Source: Azolla caroliniana (taxonomy: Eukaryota > Plantae > Polypodiophyta). Taken from it: a stretch of DNA of 64,000 nt. Position 1 is the first letter of the stretch. Each line of letters starts with the position of its first letter. Shown piece after piece: positions 35,817 to 49,070 of this stretch. The stretch covers positions 19,902,001 to 19,966,000 of the forward strand of contig JBHGNT010000011.1 of NCBI GenBank assembly GCA_043228905.1. The letters are read 5' to 3'. A model generated the notes under the pieces. The model did no database searches. It saw only the letters and a program-made list of their open reading frames with translations, and was not told the DNA's origin. Made by a program: the position numbers and the translations under genes.

Positions 35817-38800
35817 ACAACGGATGTGTCATTTCTAGGAAATCAACCCAATCAGTAACTTGTCACCTTGTCCTCGGATTGGTACTTACGACATCTACTA
35901 TAGGAAGAATTAATCCTCTCTTGTAGAAACATAACAAATGCAATTCTAGTGGAAACCTACTATAATTTCTAGTGTGTATGTTGTTGTACTATGTGGATGA
36001 TGGTTCTACATCACGTGGAACTTTATGGTGGTGTTCCATAACATAGTGCTAACCTCATTTAATGCTATAAATATGAAGTGATGTCATTTGCCGTGACATT
36101 TTTGCATTATGATGTTTTCTTACATATACGAAATCAATGTTGTACGCCATTGTGAAGAGGTGGACAATTTGCTTTATGCGTGCATTGAAGATGCATAGGT
36201 TGTCATTTCTAAGTTCGACAATGATGTGATTTGAGATATATCCTGAATTTTGTTTATGTGGATGTGATAGAACTTTTTTGGGTTTTGTGCACATTGTTTT
36301 CCTAGACCTATTGGCTCTCCTTTTTGTCGTGATAGTGGCTCACATCCCTTGTTTGAATAGTTCCTTTTATTGCTAGTGGTCGACCTAGGATATTATGCAC
36401 ATGTGCTTGGTTAATTTATTTTCGATTCATTGGTTTCTTTTTATATCGTATATAAAACAAGGACTAAATAACATCATTGAATGGTCATCTTCTAGAAATT
36501 TATCGTCGCTAATATGAGTCTACTAGGATTTGGTGAATAAAGTAGCTAAAAATAGCTTCAACCATGTCATAAATAATAATGTGGATTCTTCCCATTCATG
36601 AATTTGGTGTTGATCATTGCCACATGTTTCATGATTGCATCGTGGATTGCTGTAAGGTACACATCACACTACGAAGCACGTAGTTTGAAGCATCTTTTAT
36701 ATGCAACATTGTCTCTATTTTAGTTTTTGTAAATCATATCATAATGTTCCATAATGTTTTTTACAAAGTGTTTAGTGTTGATAATACATTGTAGGGAACA
36801 CCTTTTAGGTTCTACTTAGAGGACATGACATTATTTCACACAAGACATTATGTTGTTTGCATGGAAAATGCATTGGTCATTGTTTCCTAAGCTAGGTAAC
36901 ACTATTCCATGATAAGACAACATCATATGCAATTATCATAGCAATCCTCAGTAACAAGAAACGGTATAAATATCAAATCAATCTTAAAGATAGCCACAAC
37001 TAAAGAATACCCTCAAAGAAAAAGTGTATTGTATTAGCAACACCGTGGAAAAGCATTCTTTTGCCAATCCAAATGAGTAAACAATCATTGCATGGTATGA
37101 CTTTATATTAGTGTGGTGATGAAATACCTTGTCGCACTTCTTCAAGAAAACCACCCTCCCCTCATATTTGAAGTTGTTACGATTTTCATCATTTTATCTC
37201 GACACTAATGTTGTATAGTAATTCCACATTTAAATATAGATGAAAACATTAAAAATCAGCCTCTGATTTATAAGTCGAATAGGCATTGGTATCAAGCAGT
37301 ATGCTTGTTCGATCATTGCACCGAGGATTCATCAAAGATTTTCCGACAATCAAATGAATTAATTGAGAATAAAGACCTAATAATGTGAGTCTATTAATAT
37401 AGTGGGAGGAACATGATGCGTGATACACCAAAAAGTGAGATGATTCATTTGTCACGTGGTAACACAAAATGTCTAGATGCCTAGTATATTTTAATTACAA
37501 TTTAATATCACCCTTTTGAAGGATTATAACATATGTAGGACCAAAGCCTTTAAATCAAATGCATATTTCAACAATTTTTCTTAATGGCAGGGAGTTGAAA
37601 CCAAACTCTTACATTTGCATTGAATATCTTGCGAAGACTAGATAACGACAAAAGAGCTACAAAATGCAGACCATTAAAGTGACCCATGAAATGGTGAAAG
37701 GGTTGGTAATTTGTCAAATACGCAAATTTAAAGTATGTATACGATATTGGCAATGGCAAAGGATTTAGGGGACACCACAAAGTGATTGCAACACCTAGTG
37801 CGCACCCATGGGTCCAAGTATCTTGTCACATTTCAAACTTTATTCTATCACTTGACATTGACTCTCGCATTTTATTTTTAGCGTCACTTGACATTGACTC
37901 TTTCGGGAAAGATGGCTAAATACATTTGAATAGATTTGCACTTGATTTGTAAAATGCATGTTAAACTTCTTTTCCACATGTTCTAACAAAGCCATTGCGC
38001 TCTGATTTTCATGATTATCACATACTTAATTCATCCCATTTTCAGGTAAACAGGTATAATTCCTTTCTTGATACCATTTAGGTAAAGTTAGGATATGTCA
38101 AACTAGAAATTAGAACATTCATGAAATGATATGGTAGCCATGTCATTGAATTGTCCTGTGGCTTAGCTCTTCTCAGTAAAAATCCAACGAATGCTTGTTA
38201 ATAGATGCTCACTATCAATCACATTATGCACCTTAGAGGGCAGTTCCTCGAGTAAGATTGTTGCTTACTACCAAATTTATGATACTAAGGCTGCACTTTT
38301 TCTAGCCCCATTGTTCAATGGGATCTAGCTACATAAATCAGTGTTAGGCTTCTCACACAAGCCAGCATTAGAGATGATTAACCAAGTTTGTCTTTTCTCT
38401 CTGTTTTGAGCATGAACATCCAACAAATAGTAGATATCAGTGATGGGATGCAGCCAACATACACATTTTAACCTGGAAAGCGTAAATAGCACCACACCTT
38501 TAACCAGACAAAGCACCAAATGCAAACAAGCACTTTTTTACCAGGAAAGAACATATAGTACCTCGGTTTTAACCACAGGCCTCTTTTGTTTTTCGTTTTT
38601 ACAAACCAAGTGAAGCACATCACCTCAATGGGCATGGGACATCCTACTTTTCGAGAAAAGTTGTGGCATTATAGTTACACCAAGGACACACAGGTGGGGT
38701 GCTTTCGAGTACGACACTCTCTCGCGTGTAAATATTTTGTCGCCGGGGTGTTTTCTTTGTGTTAAGGATAGAATCATAAATTTGTACATTGGGGTGGGGA

Positions 38801-38824
38801 TGTGTCTTGTGTACATATATGTAT

Positions 38825-38862
<38 letters not shown>

Positions 38863-39170
38863 TGTCCATGACAGAGACATAAATGTAATGCATAAGTTCT
38901 AACATATACATTGAAAGCTTAGGAGAAGAAATAGCGCCCCACTATAAATGCAAAGTTAGATGAAAACATAAGAAAAGGTACTTCTATGAGACATCCAATC
39001 ATTCACTTTTTAATAAGAGTCAGAGGACCAGAGACACAGAGAGAGAGATACAGAGAGAGACAGAGAGCATAACAGAGTAGCAATTAATAGTGAGATTAAA
39101 ACTTAACTATACACATCAAATTTAGGGAGTGTTCTTTTCCTTTCACTCTATGTATGTATGTAAGTATTGC

Positions 39171-42100
39171 TCAATGTTTCCATCCTACTTGCTTCATCAT
39201 CATCCTCTCTTGTCGTTGCGTGTTGTTGTTCCAGCTTGCTTCTTCTTTCTGCTGCACAACACCTATCTGATGATGCCTCCTCGTCACAACACCATTGGCA
39301 GGCATAGATGTGAATCCTCTTTCTTCATTGCTCTGATCTGGCCCAGCATTCAAATCAAGATTCATAGTCTTGCCCCAAGACCCTCGATCCGAATGACCAC
39401 TTTGTTGTTCATGTTGATGTTGATATTGAAGTTGATGTTGCTGATATTGCTGCTGCTGCTGCTGCTGTTGATGTTGATGGTGATGAAATTGATTTTGCTG
39501 TTGTCTTTTTCCATCTGCATTTTGTTCTCTGATTGGCATGTCCATCATCATCATGTATTGATGGTTTTTGTGATGTGGAGGTATCATCATACAGTTGGAG
39601 GCCTCACTAAAGGATACCATAGCATTTCGGATCGGCATATTAGATTGCATCTGATGTGTTTCCATGTAAGGTACATGGATACGGATTCCAGCTTGGGTTG
39701 ATGTTGCCAAAGGGAACATTCCTCCATACCCAGATGATGTGATGGCCGACGTTAGATGAGGTGGAGGATATGTCGTCGTTTGTTGGAACGTCGCCGGATT
39801 CACCATACACACATTGTATGGAAACAGAGCATCTTGAGTAGATCCTGTTGTTGTTGGCCATGGATGAATAGAAGAACCTAGAGCATATGGCATGGTAGAA
39901 GGAGAGATGAAAGGTACAGTAGAAGGCGGTGCAGATGTGGGCCCGGATGCAAGCATTGGAATCGATGTCAGCACATTCAAATGAGTTGCCAAAGGATTTG
40001 AATAATTTTGATTCCTCGGTGTCATTGAATTACACAGGGATTCTTGTTCTTCGGTATCATCCATCATATTTAGATCAAAGCTTACTAAGTTTTTTCCAGC
40101 CCGTTGTGTCACAACTTCAGCCATGTGCTCACCAGACGAAAGAAGACATGGCCCTCCTTCATCAGTTTGGTTTAAGTCCCAAAGAGGCTTTGTTCTTTCA
40201 TGCACAATGCTTGAATTCACTTGATTCTCCACCACGAAAGACGAGGATGCACATGTAGAATTAGGCACCATGCTCATAGCATTTGGTGTGATATTACAAT
40301 CAAGTTCATTTGAAGGATGTGGTGAATCCAATGAAATGTTTAGATCGAATTTCAACACATGTTTAGTAGGCTTGGCAATAGAAGGAGAAAGATGATTCAT
40401 TTCACCACTAGTGGTATTATGAGCTTTCTCGGAGCCACTACGAGGCTGAGTCGGCCGAAAAGCACTTGTGGCAGCAGATCCCTTCCATCCAGGTATGGCA
40501 ATGGGTTGGCATGATAACACAGGTAGAGTGAATGACCCCTTTTTATCCGCCATGATCGCTATGGGGATGGTTATCGGCCCACAAGAACTTGGTAACAAGT
40601 CAGGCTCATTAAGAATTGTTTGTGTTTTGCCACCAGACTCATCTTCACAGTTGACAACTATTTCGTTCAAATCGAAAGATGGAGCATGTTCATCCACCAT
40701 TTCACTCCTGTGTTTTGATGTCAAGGATGATGAACTAATCACTGGAGGGAGCACTTTGATACGATCATCATCACCATATCCATCAGCTTCCTGCCTCAAA
40801 GATTCCACAGATAGATTGTGCTTCATCAAGGAACCTATACTAGTTGGGGCAGAGATTCTTGAGCATTCTTGTTCACATGAATCCTTAGCTTGTCCCTCTA
40901 CTAAACCTTCCCCAGCGACTCCTCCTTCTACACCATTAACGCAAGTCTTTGTTCTCACTGAATCTTTGCTTTCAGAAACCATATCAGTGACACCGCTGCT
41001 ATCACCGACTGCTTCAACCCTCTTCTCTTCATACATTGATCTTTGCAAAACATCATCTTCGTTTTTCCCTCCCACATCCTTCATAGGAAAAATGTGATTC
41101 TTTACACAACCTACAGAAGTCTCACGACTAATAATCTCAGAGTTGGTAGTATCAACAGATTGATCTCTACTCTCACACATGAGGATATCAAGTTTTGAAT
41201 TAGTTTCCGAAGGAGAAGAAACACTACTAGAAATCCGATCCAAATGCTCTGATCTCTCCACCGTTATTCCACTTACTGCTGCTTGCACAGAAGGTTGAAG
41301 ATTGCATTCGGAAGCTTTTTCTTTTTCTTGGAATTTAAGAGAACTTATCTTTGGAGAATCATGTCCGGAAGCTTTAATGGTCACTATTGGTCTATCAGTT
41401 GTTGCAGGTTCACTCTGATCTAGATTCCCATCAGAGTTCATGGACGAGGTTTCGCTAGCCGCGATCTTAGCTAACATATTTATACCATCATTGGACAGCC
41501 CATGAGCATAAGAATCAGGCTTATTATTAATAGTACTGTTGATATGGGTGGTAGAAAAGCTTCTACTCTGGGAATGGTGAGAAGAGAGTGGGGAGGAATA
41601 AGTAGAAGGTGAAGTTTTAAGAAAACGTCTTTCTGGGGAAGAACAGAGAGTAGCAACAGAGGCAAATTTCCCTCCATATGTGATGACAGAGTCTTCTGCA
41701 AGATCTGTGATTAGAGAGTTAGACTTATGTTTCTTAATCAACCCTGCATCATCACCTCCATGAATGACATGATCCACACCGTTGGATGGAATGTCACGAG
41801 TATTACAATGGTGTGACACCATTTCAGTACTAGACTGTTGGACCTCAGCATCCACTCGTTTCTTCCACATATCAACAAGTCTCTTGGCTCTTCTCTGTAT
41901 CTCAGAATTCCTATGGCATCTTAAGCTTTTCACGGTTTTCCCAATTGAGCAGGTCTTGAGGGAGATTAGATCAACGGGTAACTTCTCGAGAGCTCCGATA
42001 ATGGTGAGAAACAGGTCTTCGTGGTAGTGTGATTTCTCTGCTTCTGATTTGCTCAAGGAAGAGCTGTGAGATGGATCTGAGGCAATAGTGGAAGGATGAT

Positions 42101-42662
42101 GAGGGCTTACATAGGCTTGTAAGGCTTCATGGAGCCATTGATCCAGAAAACTGATGCCACCTTGTTTCACGAATTTGGAGAGGAAATCGTGATGGGTGGT
42201 TGAGAGGACTACTTTCGCTAGCATGGTTCTGTTAGCTGTGAGATCTACAATGGTTTTCTGAACTTTCTCATGGTGCATGATGTTTAAGAGCCTGTCCACC
42301 GAACTGAGGCTACACAAGCCTCCATCTTTCCCAACTAAGCTATAGTTTGCTACTCCATCCGAAACATCTGGTAATCCATTCTTATTATGAGGAAAACCCT
42401 CATCATGATCGCTGTTATTGGTGTTAGAAGCAGGTGAGCTTGATGATCTGAGACGCTGTTGTTTGATCATGTCGTTATGAATGTTAGTTATTGAGGTGGT
42501 GGCAAATTCATTGCTTCTTTCTCTCTTCTTCTGTAGGGATTTGCTTGAATTCGATGGCATGGTTATGGTGGGAGACGTTAGATCTGCACCAGATCTAGTT
42601 GTATGAGATGTATTTTGCAGCGATTTTAACCTCTGTGTGGCGCTCCCTCCGCCCTCTTGCAT
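39171..42662 (-). CDS. TFIIS N-terminal (TFS2N) domain protein, SUO/At4g24200-like, ~1163 aa, with multiple xDLN (EAR-like) motifs
   Basis: TFS2N core FVKQGGISFLDQWL...LEKLPVDLISLKTCSIGKTVKSLRCHRNSEIQRRAKRLVDMWKKRV and the conserved GWKGSAATSAFRP. Five DLN motifs and a Gln-rich tail. First in-frame ATG at 42662; upstream coding exons not excluded. Confidence 0.88.
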   Translation of the reverse strand: MQEGGGSATQRLKSLQNTSHTTRSGADLTSPTITMPSNSSKSLQKKRERSNEFATTSITNIHNDMIKQQRLRSSSSPASNTNNSDHDEGFPHNKNGLPDVSDGVANYSLVGKDGGLCSLSSVDRLLNIMHHEKVQKTIVDLTANRTMLAKVVLSTTHHDFLSKFVKQGGISFLDQWLHEALQAYVSPHHPSTIASDPSHSSSLSKSEAEKSHYHEDLFLTIIGALEKLPVDLISLKTCSIGKTVKSLRCHRNSEIQRRAKRLVDMWKKRVDAEVQQSSTEMVSHHCNTRDIPSNGVDHVIHGGDDAGLIKKHKSNSLITDLAEDSVITYGGKFASVATLCSSPERRFLKTSPSTYSSPLSSHHSQSRSFSTTHINSTINNKPDSYAHGLSNDGINMLAKIAASETSSMNSDGNLDQSEPATTDRPIVTIKASGHDSPKISSLKFQEKEKASECNLQPSVQAAVSGITVERSEHLDRISSSVSSPSETNSKLDILMCESRDQSVDTTNSEIISRETSVGCVKNHIFPMKDVGGKNEDDVLQRSMYEEKRVEAVGDSSGVTDMVSESKDSVRTKTCVNGVEGGVAGEGLVEGQAKDSCEQECSRISAPTSIGSLMKHNLSVESLRQEADGYGDDDRIKVLPPVISSSSLTSKHRSEMVDEHAPSFDLNEIVVNCEDESGGKTQTILNEPDLLPSSCGPITIPIAIMADKKGSFTLPVLSCQPIAIPGWKGSAATSAFRPTQPRSGSEKAHNTTSGEMNHLSPSIAKPTKHVLKFDLNISLDSPHPSNELDCNITPNAMSMVPNSTCASSSFVVENQVNSSIVHERTKPLWDLNQTDEGGPCLLSSGEHMAEVVTQRAGKNLVSFDLNMMDDTEEQESLCNSMTPRNQNYSNPLATHLNVLTSIPMLASGPTSAPPSTVPFISPSTMPYALGSSIHPWPTTTGSTQDALFPYNVCMVNPATFQQTTTYPPPHLTSAITSSGYGGMFPLATSTQAGIRIHVPYMETHQMQSNMPIRNAMVSFSEASNCMMIPPHHKNHQYMMMMDMPIREQNADGKRQQQNQFHHHQHQQQQQQQQYQQHQLQYQHQHEQQSGHSDRGSWGKTMNLDLNAGPDQSNEERGFTSMPANGVVTRRHHQIGVVQQKEEASWNNNTQRQERMMMKQVGWKH

Positions 42663-45294
42663 TATCTCTTTTCGTTGCCTGAAAGAACAAGATCGCTCTG
42701 TTAGCCCTAAAATCAAATCTGGTCTGGTGGCCTCACGTAAAAAGACAAACCATGCTCTCTCTCTCTCTCTCTCTAACACACAGACAAACAAACAGACTCT
42801 GTGTAAAGAAGAAATAGTGGCAACAACATAGGGGAAATGTTCCCAAACCCTATAGATCCGAATGAAAACAGAGAACGGAGTTGCTTAACAACATTCCCAT
42901 CGAATGATCACAGGAGATTAGAGTAAAAAAAAGGAGCCGGATGTGAGATTTCCGACCTGACTTGTTTAGCTTTTCTTCCGCTGAAGGATGGGGGTGGAAG
43001 AAACCAGGTTATCTACAGAAACCAGGCAAGCATAAGAAGAGATACTGAAGCAGAGGCGAAGGAGCAGGAGCAGGACAAAGGAAGCAGATATGGGGGAGGG
43101 GGGTTTGATGGAGATGGGGTTGAGAAGAAGATTAGGCTATGCAGAGAAGAGGTGAAGATGATGAAAGAAAGTGAGAATGGTGGAAGAAGACAGGAAATGG
43201 AGGAGGAGGAGAGAGATGTGCAGAGAAATGGAGGAGAATATGTCCTGCAAGGGGGGGGGGGGGGAGAGGTAGTAGGGATGAGGAGAAGAAACAGACAGAC
43301 AGACAGACAGGGGAGATAGAGATATAGATGTGGGCTCCTCCTCCTCCTCCGTCAGAGGAAGAAGAGGTGTGAGAGTACCACTACCCTGTGTTCCAAGGAA
43401 AAAGAAAGGTGGAGAGAGAGAGAGAGGTATGTGGGTGGGGGTATAGACTATATATGTATGATACACATAATAATAGTAGTGGGTAATTAGATTGGATAGG
43501 TCTGAGCAATTTGCAGCAGTAGTGTATGTACATTTATGTATATTAATATATATGTATAGATAGCAGCAGCAGTAGTAGCTGTAGCTGTAGCTGTAGCAGT
43601 GGTAGGTATATATATGTATCATGTATGTAAATATGTATATTACGAGTATCAAAAAAAGAAGAAGAAGCTATTCTTCTCCTTCCTTTGCTTTTGCTTGGCT
43701 TGTCAATTCCATTGTCAACTGAAAAGAAGATGATGATGTGGCCGGCCCCTTATATGTACATATATGTATGTATTCTATTCAAATCCTCTGCATCTTTATC
43801 ATCATCATCATCATCAATCACTCACCATTTAATTAAGAGCTTTCATTAAAAGAAACAAAGGGTAAAGAGGGAGGAGGAGGGCGCAGAGTTCCACATCCTC
43901 CCAAACTTCCTCAAAAGCATGCATGCAATGGTATGTGTGTGTGTGTGGATTATGTCTATGTGTATGTTGTGTGTAGTGTGTACTACCCCAGTGTGGGCCC
44001 ACCTTGTCTGTGTCTCTCTGCATGTCTGTGTGTTTGTCTCTGTCTCGCTCTGCCCGATGTGCTCAGTCTATTCATGTGCTCAGGATTTATTTTTTATGTA
44101 CATACATATACATATCGGTGCCAAATGTATTTTGGTTATAGATGTAATCAATCAGAGACACTTTCTTTTAGGGACCTAGACAGTTGAAGCTGTAGCATAT
44201 GTCGACAGCTTTACTTTCCACATATCGTTCTCAGTTTTTACTCTCCCCCCCTCTCTCTCCGTCTCTCACATACACACACACACACACATGTAGATAGATA
44301 GATAGATAGATAGATATAGGACAGGACATATGATGGCACTGAGTGGTGACTAGAGACTTTCGGGTTTTAAATATGAACACACTTTGTATGTGTGAAGAAG
44401 GAGAGAGGGAAGAGAAGGATTGTGGGAGGGCCCTGCTAACTTCTTCTTTGTCGTCTTATTTCGAGCTGTCGTCCTCCATCCTCTTGCACATGAGAGTTGC
44501 TTACCAAAAAGAAAAGCCTGTAGACGGCTGCTGGATTGACCGAAAAACTTCGCAAAGCCGAGCAAAGGAGGAGGAGCAAACGACAAAACCCATGGATTCG
44601 ATGATGTTCGAGCAATCCTCCTAAAAGGTATGCACCACCCACCATGTGCATTGTAGACAGAGAAGAGATGAGACAAGACAAGAGAGGTGGGGGGGGGGGG
44701 CATCACCTCGGGGAGCCATCACCTCAAAAGGTGTCGTGTAAGGAAGAGAGATAAGTGAACTCCCCGTTATTGATCTTAGAGAGAGAGAGAGAGAGTGATA
44801 GCGATGGCGAGAGACAAGGTCTCAAGAAAAGCTCTCCTGAAAAGGAGGGAGCGTGGGACCGACTTGTCTTCGTTGGAAGAGTGTATTTTGTGTAGGACCT
44901 GGGTCATGCATACATAACCCATACATGTTTGCACATGTGTGTAGTTTTATAACATATAGATTATATACATACGTCCAAATCATCATAAATTGAAAATGTT
45001 CGTAAAGGAAAAGGGGTTTTTGGGGGGGAGGGGGTAGGGGGTAGGGGTAGGGGTAGGTGCACCGTGCAACACCTTTTCAAAGTATATCAAATAAAAACAA
45101 AAGCTGATACTGAATGTGCAATAAAACATGGACTCTCCCTCGAGACTCTCTGTCTCTGTCTGTGTCTGTGTCTCTGTCTGAGACATCTGACCTAAGTAGG
45201 GCAAGATGTATATACATATAGGGAGATGGGAGGAGACGGTGGGGGGAACTGTGTGACATTCATTGGATCTGCTCATTCCGAGTCCCAACAATTT

Positions 45295-45295
45295 A

Positions 45296-45374
<79 letters not shown>

Positions 45375-45376
45375 GT
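45295..45376. repeat. (ATGTGT)n hexanucleotide microsatellite
   Basis: Perfect ATGTGT tandem run of about 13 units. Confidence 0.95.
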
Positions 45377-45559
45377 CAAGTATATACATATTTGGTCTGC
45401 GGTATTATAGAAATGTACATATATATATGAGGATATTATATACATACATATATAGATAGATAGATAGATAGATATAGATATGTATGTATAGGTTAAAAGA
45501 AAAGGGGGAGGGGACCAAGACGACGAACTTCGAGAAAGAAAGTGTTTACGAAAAAACAA

Positions 45560-45970
45560 ACTCGTCGTTTATCTTTTATGATTGGAAGCGGAGATTCTAG
45601 AGAGAGAGAGAGGGGACTCCGGGAGGCAATGCAAACAGAGGAAGCAAGGAATGAATAGAGAGAGCAGATAATGAAGAGATAGAGAGAGGCAGAGAGAGCA
45701 ACACAGAGAGAGACGAACACGGACGCTTTAACTTATAACTGTAACTGATTCTTCTCTCTCTCTCTCTCTCTCTCTCGCGCCCGCGCGCAGAGAGAGAGAG
45801 AGAGAGACTCTTCTCTTTTACTCTGTGTGTGTGTGTGTCTCTCTCTCTCTCGCTCTCTCTCTCTTTCTCTGTGTTTCTATGGCATTCCCACGTACGGACG
45901 GACGCACGTACGCGAGTGATTCTACGTCATTCAAAGCAGACCGCATTGAGGCCCGTGACACGTGTCAATA
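45560..45970 (-). promoter_or_regulatory. Candidate core promoter of the TFS2N gene, implying a ~3-kb intron-containing 5' leader
   Basis: TTATAA at ~45732 followed on the minus strand by a CT-rich tract. GAGA/CTCT tracts, palindromic G-box GACACGTGTC (~45957) and ACGTCA. The region down to the ATG appears TE-free. Confidence 0.4.
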
Positions 45971-47226
45971 GATCCATGGTTTATTGTGTCAGTCCGTCAG
46001 TTTAAGGCTTATCAGCGCATGCCACCTGTGCCTACTTAAATTATGATATATATATATATATCTGAATTCAAAATAAATAACATAATTATCGTGGGGGGGT
46101 GCGTTTGTTTTTATGATTATTATTTATAGTTTCCCAGCTTTTGGCTCTTTTGCTTTTTATTATTTCCAGATCGCTAGAAAAATAAGAGCGTGAGAAAACG
46201 ATTTTGTTATATTCTCTCTCTCTCTCTCTCTCTCTTGTTTTCTTTGCTTTTCCCCCCTTGGGTTTGTTTTTCAGAAAAACTGACCAAAGACAGACACGCA
46301 AAAAAAACAAAAAGCAATGATGAGAGAGAGAGAAGAGAGATCTTTAGCAAAATAATAACAATAAAAGTAATAGTAATAAACTAGCAGTTTTTCTTACACC
46401 TCTTTTTATATTTCTTATTTTTAAAAACAAGAGGAGCATAAAAGGGGAAAGAAAGAAAGAAGGAAAGGAGAGGAGAGGAAAAAGAGGAGAAAAAGGTGCG
46501 TCAAATCAGAGAGGAGTGTCCAAATATCCTCACTCCTCCTCCTGACTCCTTCGCTTCCTCCTGATAACTTTATAAGTGGAGGCGTGAGTTCTTCTTCCTC
46601 TCCTTTCTCTCTTTCCCTCCTTCTCCTTATCATCGTCATCATCAATCATCATCATCACCATCATATATTCTTCTTACAAGTTACCATCCATCATATCCAT
46701 GAATGACTGAGCCCTCCTCTCTTCCGTCCACAAATTATTTATTTAATTGAATGAATAAAGGGAATGAATGATTCATGAATGCCCACATGATAGCTAGCTA
46801 GCCAGCCTAGCTCCACCAAAATGCCCATCATCATGTATGGATGTATCCCTCCATTCCATTTTCTATCATGCCCACCACCACTCATGCATGCATACCTCTC
46901 GTGGCAAAATTGGGTCCCATAGTCCGTTGTTTGCCTTGACAGGGTAGGGCCCCCCGGCCCCCCATCCCCATGCTCAGCATGAAAACCCGACCTTCAGTCG
47001 CATATTTTCAAGACAATGTTCTCGAGAATAGCCCCTTTTGCCCTTGCCCTGCCTGTAATATATATGTATTATATTGGAAGAAGACTTTGATTACTAGACA
47101 TACCTTTTCATCCTATATTATTATACTCTCTCTTTATTCCAAATACATGCATATTTAATTCGAGAGGGGCTTCGGGATATGTGGCATATTTTATTAGATA
47201 ACCTTAAACATCACAAATGAGCATAT

Positions 47227-47281
<55 letters not shown>

Positions 47282-48594
47282 TGTAACATGTACAAAAGAT
47301 ATAAAGAGAATGACATGTTATCAAGAAAGCCAAGTATTAAGCAATAGGCCTATAATACTATATATCTCTACCTATCTATCTATCTCTAGTCTCATTCATG
47401 GATTATAGATACAAGCAATGGAAACTATAAAATAGAACATATCTAGTGTTTGTTGGATTGTATTTTGTCCTTTATCTCTCCACCTACTTGTATCGTGGGG
47501 TATCTCACTTTCACTTCATGACAATTGCTTCATACTTGTGCTCAGCAACCTAGGTTTCATTGCGAACCATCACTCTTCGAAGTTTGCACATTGATAGTAA
47601 CTTTTAGAGGCTAGAGAAGCCAATGTTGCTTATTAATGAGGTGGGTGTCTCATTCTTCTCCAATGTGGTCTCGAACATTCCCTAATCCTCAATGTTTTTT
47701 AGTCCTTTGTGAAGTGACCTCATTTGCCTCATGTCCGCTCTATATTGTCTTAACTAGATTGCAATGTCCATATTATATGGGAACCAAGTTAATCACCTTG
47801 GTTTTTACATTCAAAATAATGAAAGGAGGTTAATTTAATGGCTGTTAGCTCCTAATTATCTTCCAATTATCTCATGTGGAGTTCTTGGCTTTGCTTATAT
47901 CATACATGATCCCTAGCATGGGGAGCAAAATTTGCATGCTTCTCATCGATCATAATAATATTGGGATGAGTTGTTTTCTTCAAGAGGTCGTAGTGTACAT
48001 GTTTTGGGCCCCAACGTTTGAGCTTGTATACAAGTATAGGCATGACAATGTTGCATCAAAAAACTACACCTTGGTTTATGGCAATGGAAATTATATATGT
48101 GCATAATCTCATTCGATTGCCCCAAGGGTTGCATGTGCTTGTATCAAGAATAATTTATGAAATTTTCAAACATGTTTTTGCATTTGGTTTTTTACCTTAC
48201 AAAGATAGTGCCAAACTTACTTCCTTTGAAAGAACTACTTTTTCTTATAAATTACAAGTGGATGGTGTAGGAAAACTTGTGTCCATGCAACTTATAAGGA
48301 TTTCATTATGTGGCAACATGAGCAAGCACCCTCTCTTTGTAATGGGGTTGTACCTAGAGATCGGTTTGGTTTAGGTTTGCAAACTCCAAAACGGTTTAGG
48401 CTTAACTAGTTTGGCTTGGATAGCACTTACGTCATTCTAGACTTAGAGAGTTTCCCTCTCTATCATAACTAGCTTACCCTAGTGGTAAGTTGTTACATTA
48501 CAAGCACTATTGCTTGGATTCGAAACCGAATGTTTTTTCTCTCTTTATTTTTATCATAATTAGCTTACCCTACCTAAATTGTGAAAATTAGGCT

Positions 48595-48738
48595 TAAAAA
48601 CGAAAAGGTTATTTAAAAAAAATTTAAAATATTTGAAAACCATCAAACCGTGTTTTCAAACCGTAAAAACTGAACCGAACTGTTTAAACCATTAAGCCGC
48701 AGTTTCGCGGCTCAAAACTGAACCGTTGCCGATTGTTA
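48595..48738. mobile_element. Right-end remnant of the same hAT MITE family as 19190-19754
   Basis: Ends in GAACCGTTGCCGATTGTTA at 48738, with AACCG subterminal repeats. Confidence 0.8.
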
Positions 48739-48820
48739 CCCATGACCTCCTTGCCTCTATTGGGAAACCTTACCAACTAAACTACATCCATCCAAGCAAA
48801 ATCGCCCTCTCTGTTTTTTT

Positions 48821-49028
48821 TATTGTAATTAGTTTACCCTAGTGGTAAATTGTTACACTACAAGCACTACGTCTTGGGTTCAAACCCTAATTTTCTCATT
48901 TCTCTATTACATACTTCATACCTATCTCTTAATTCAGTAGGTGGCATTCTGGAATGTGGAATGTAAGGGTTAAACCCATGACCTCCTGCTCTCCATTGGT
49001 AACCTTACAAACTGAGCTACATCCAATT

Positions 49029-49032
<4 letters not shown>
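48821..49032. repeat. Second copy of the convergent double tRNA-like repeat (partial third copy at ~48465-48530 and ~48739-48795)
   Basis: Colinear with 7905-8110: TACCCTAGTGGTAA...GGGTTCAAACCC...AAACCCATGACC...CCTTACAAACTGAGCTACAT...GGGC(TC)n. Confidence 0.65.

Positions 49033-49070
<38 letters not shown>

Noticed and set aside
34800-38300. Possible decayed DNA transposon or Helitron
   Set aside because: AT-rich sequence with no termini, TSD or domain motif that could be supported by eye.
43137-46645. Many 60-170-aa ORFs (poly-YT, MC, SL, RE)
   Set aside because: They are translations of microsatellites and low-complexity leader/promoter DNA.
43700-47000. miRNA precursor in the TE-free intergenic region
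   Set aside because: No conserved mature miRNA or long non-microsatellite hairpin was recognised; a folding scan would be needed.
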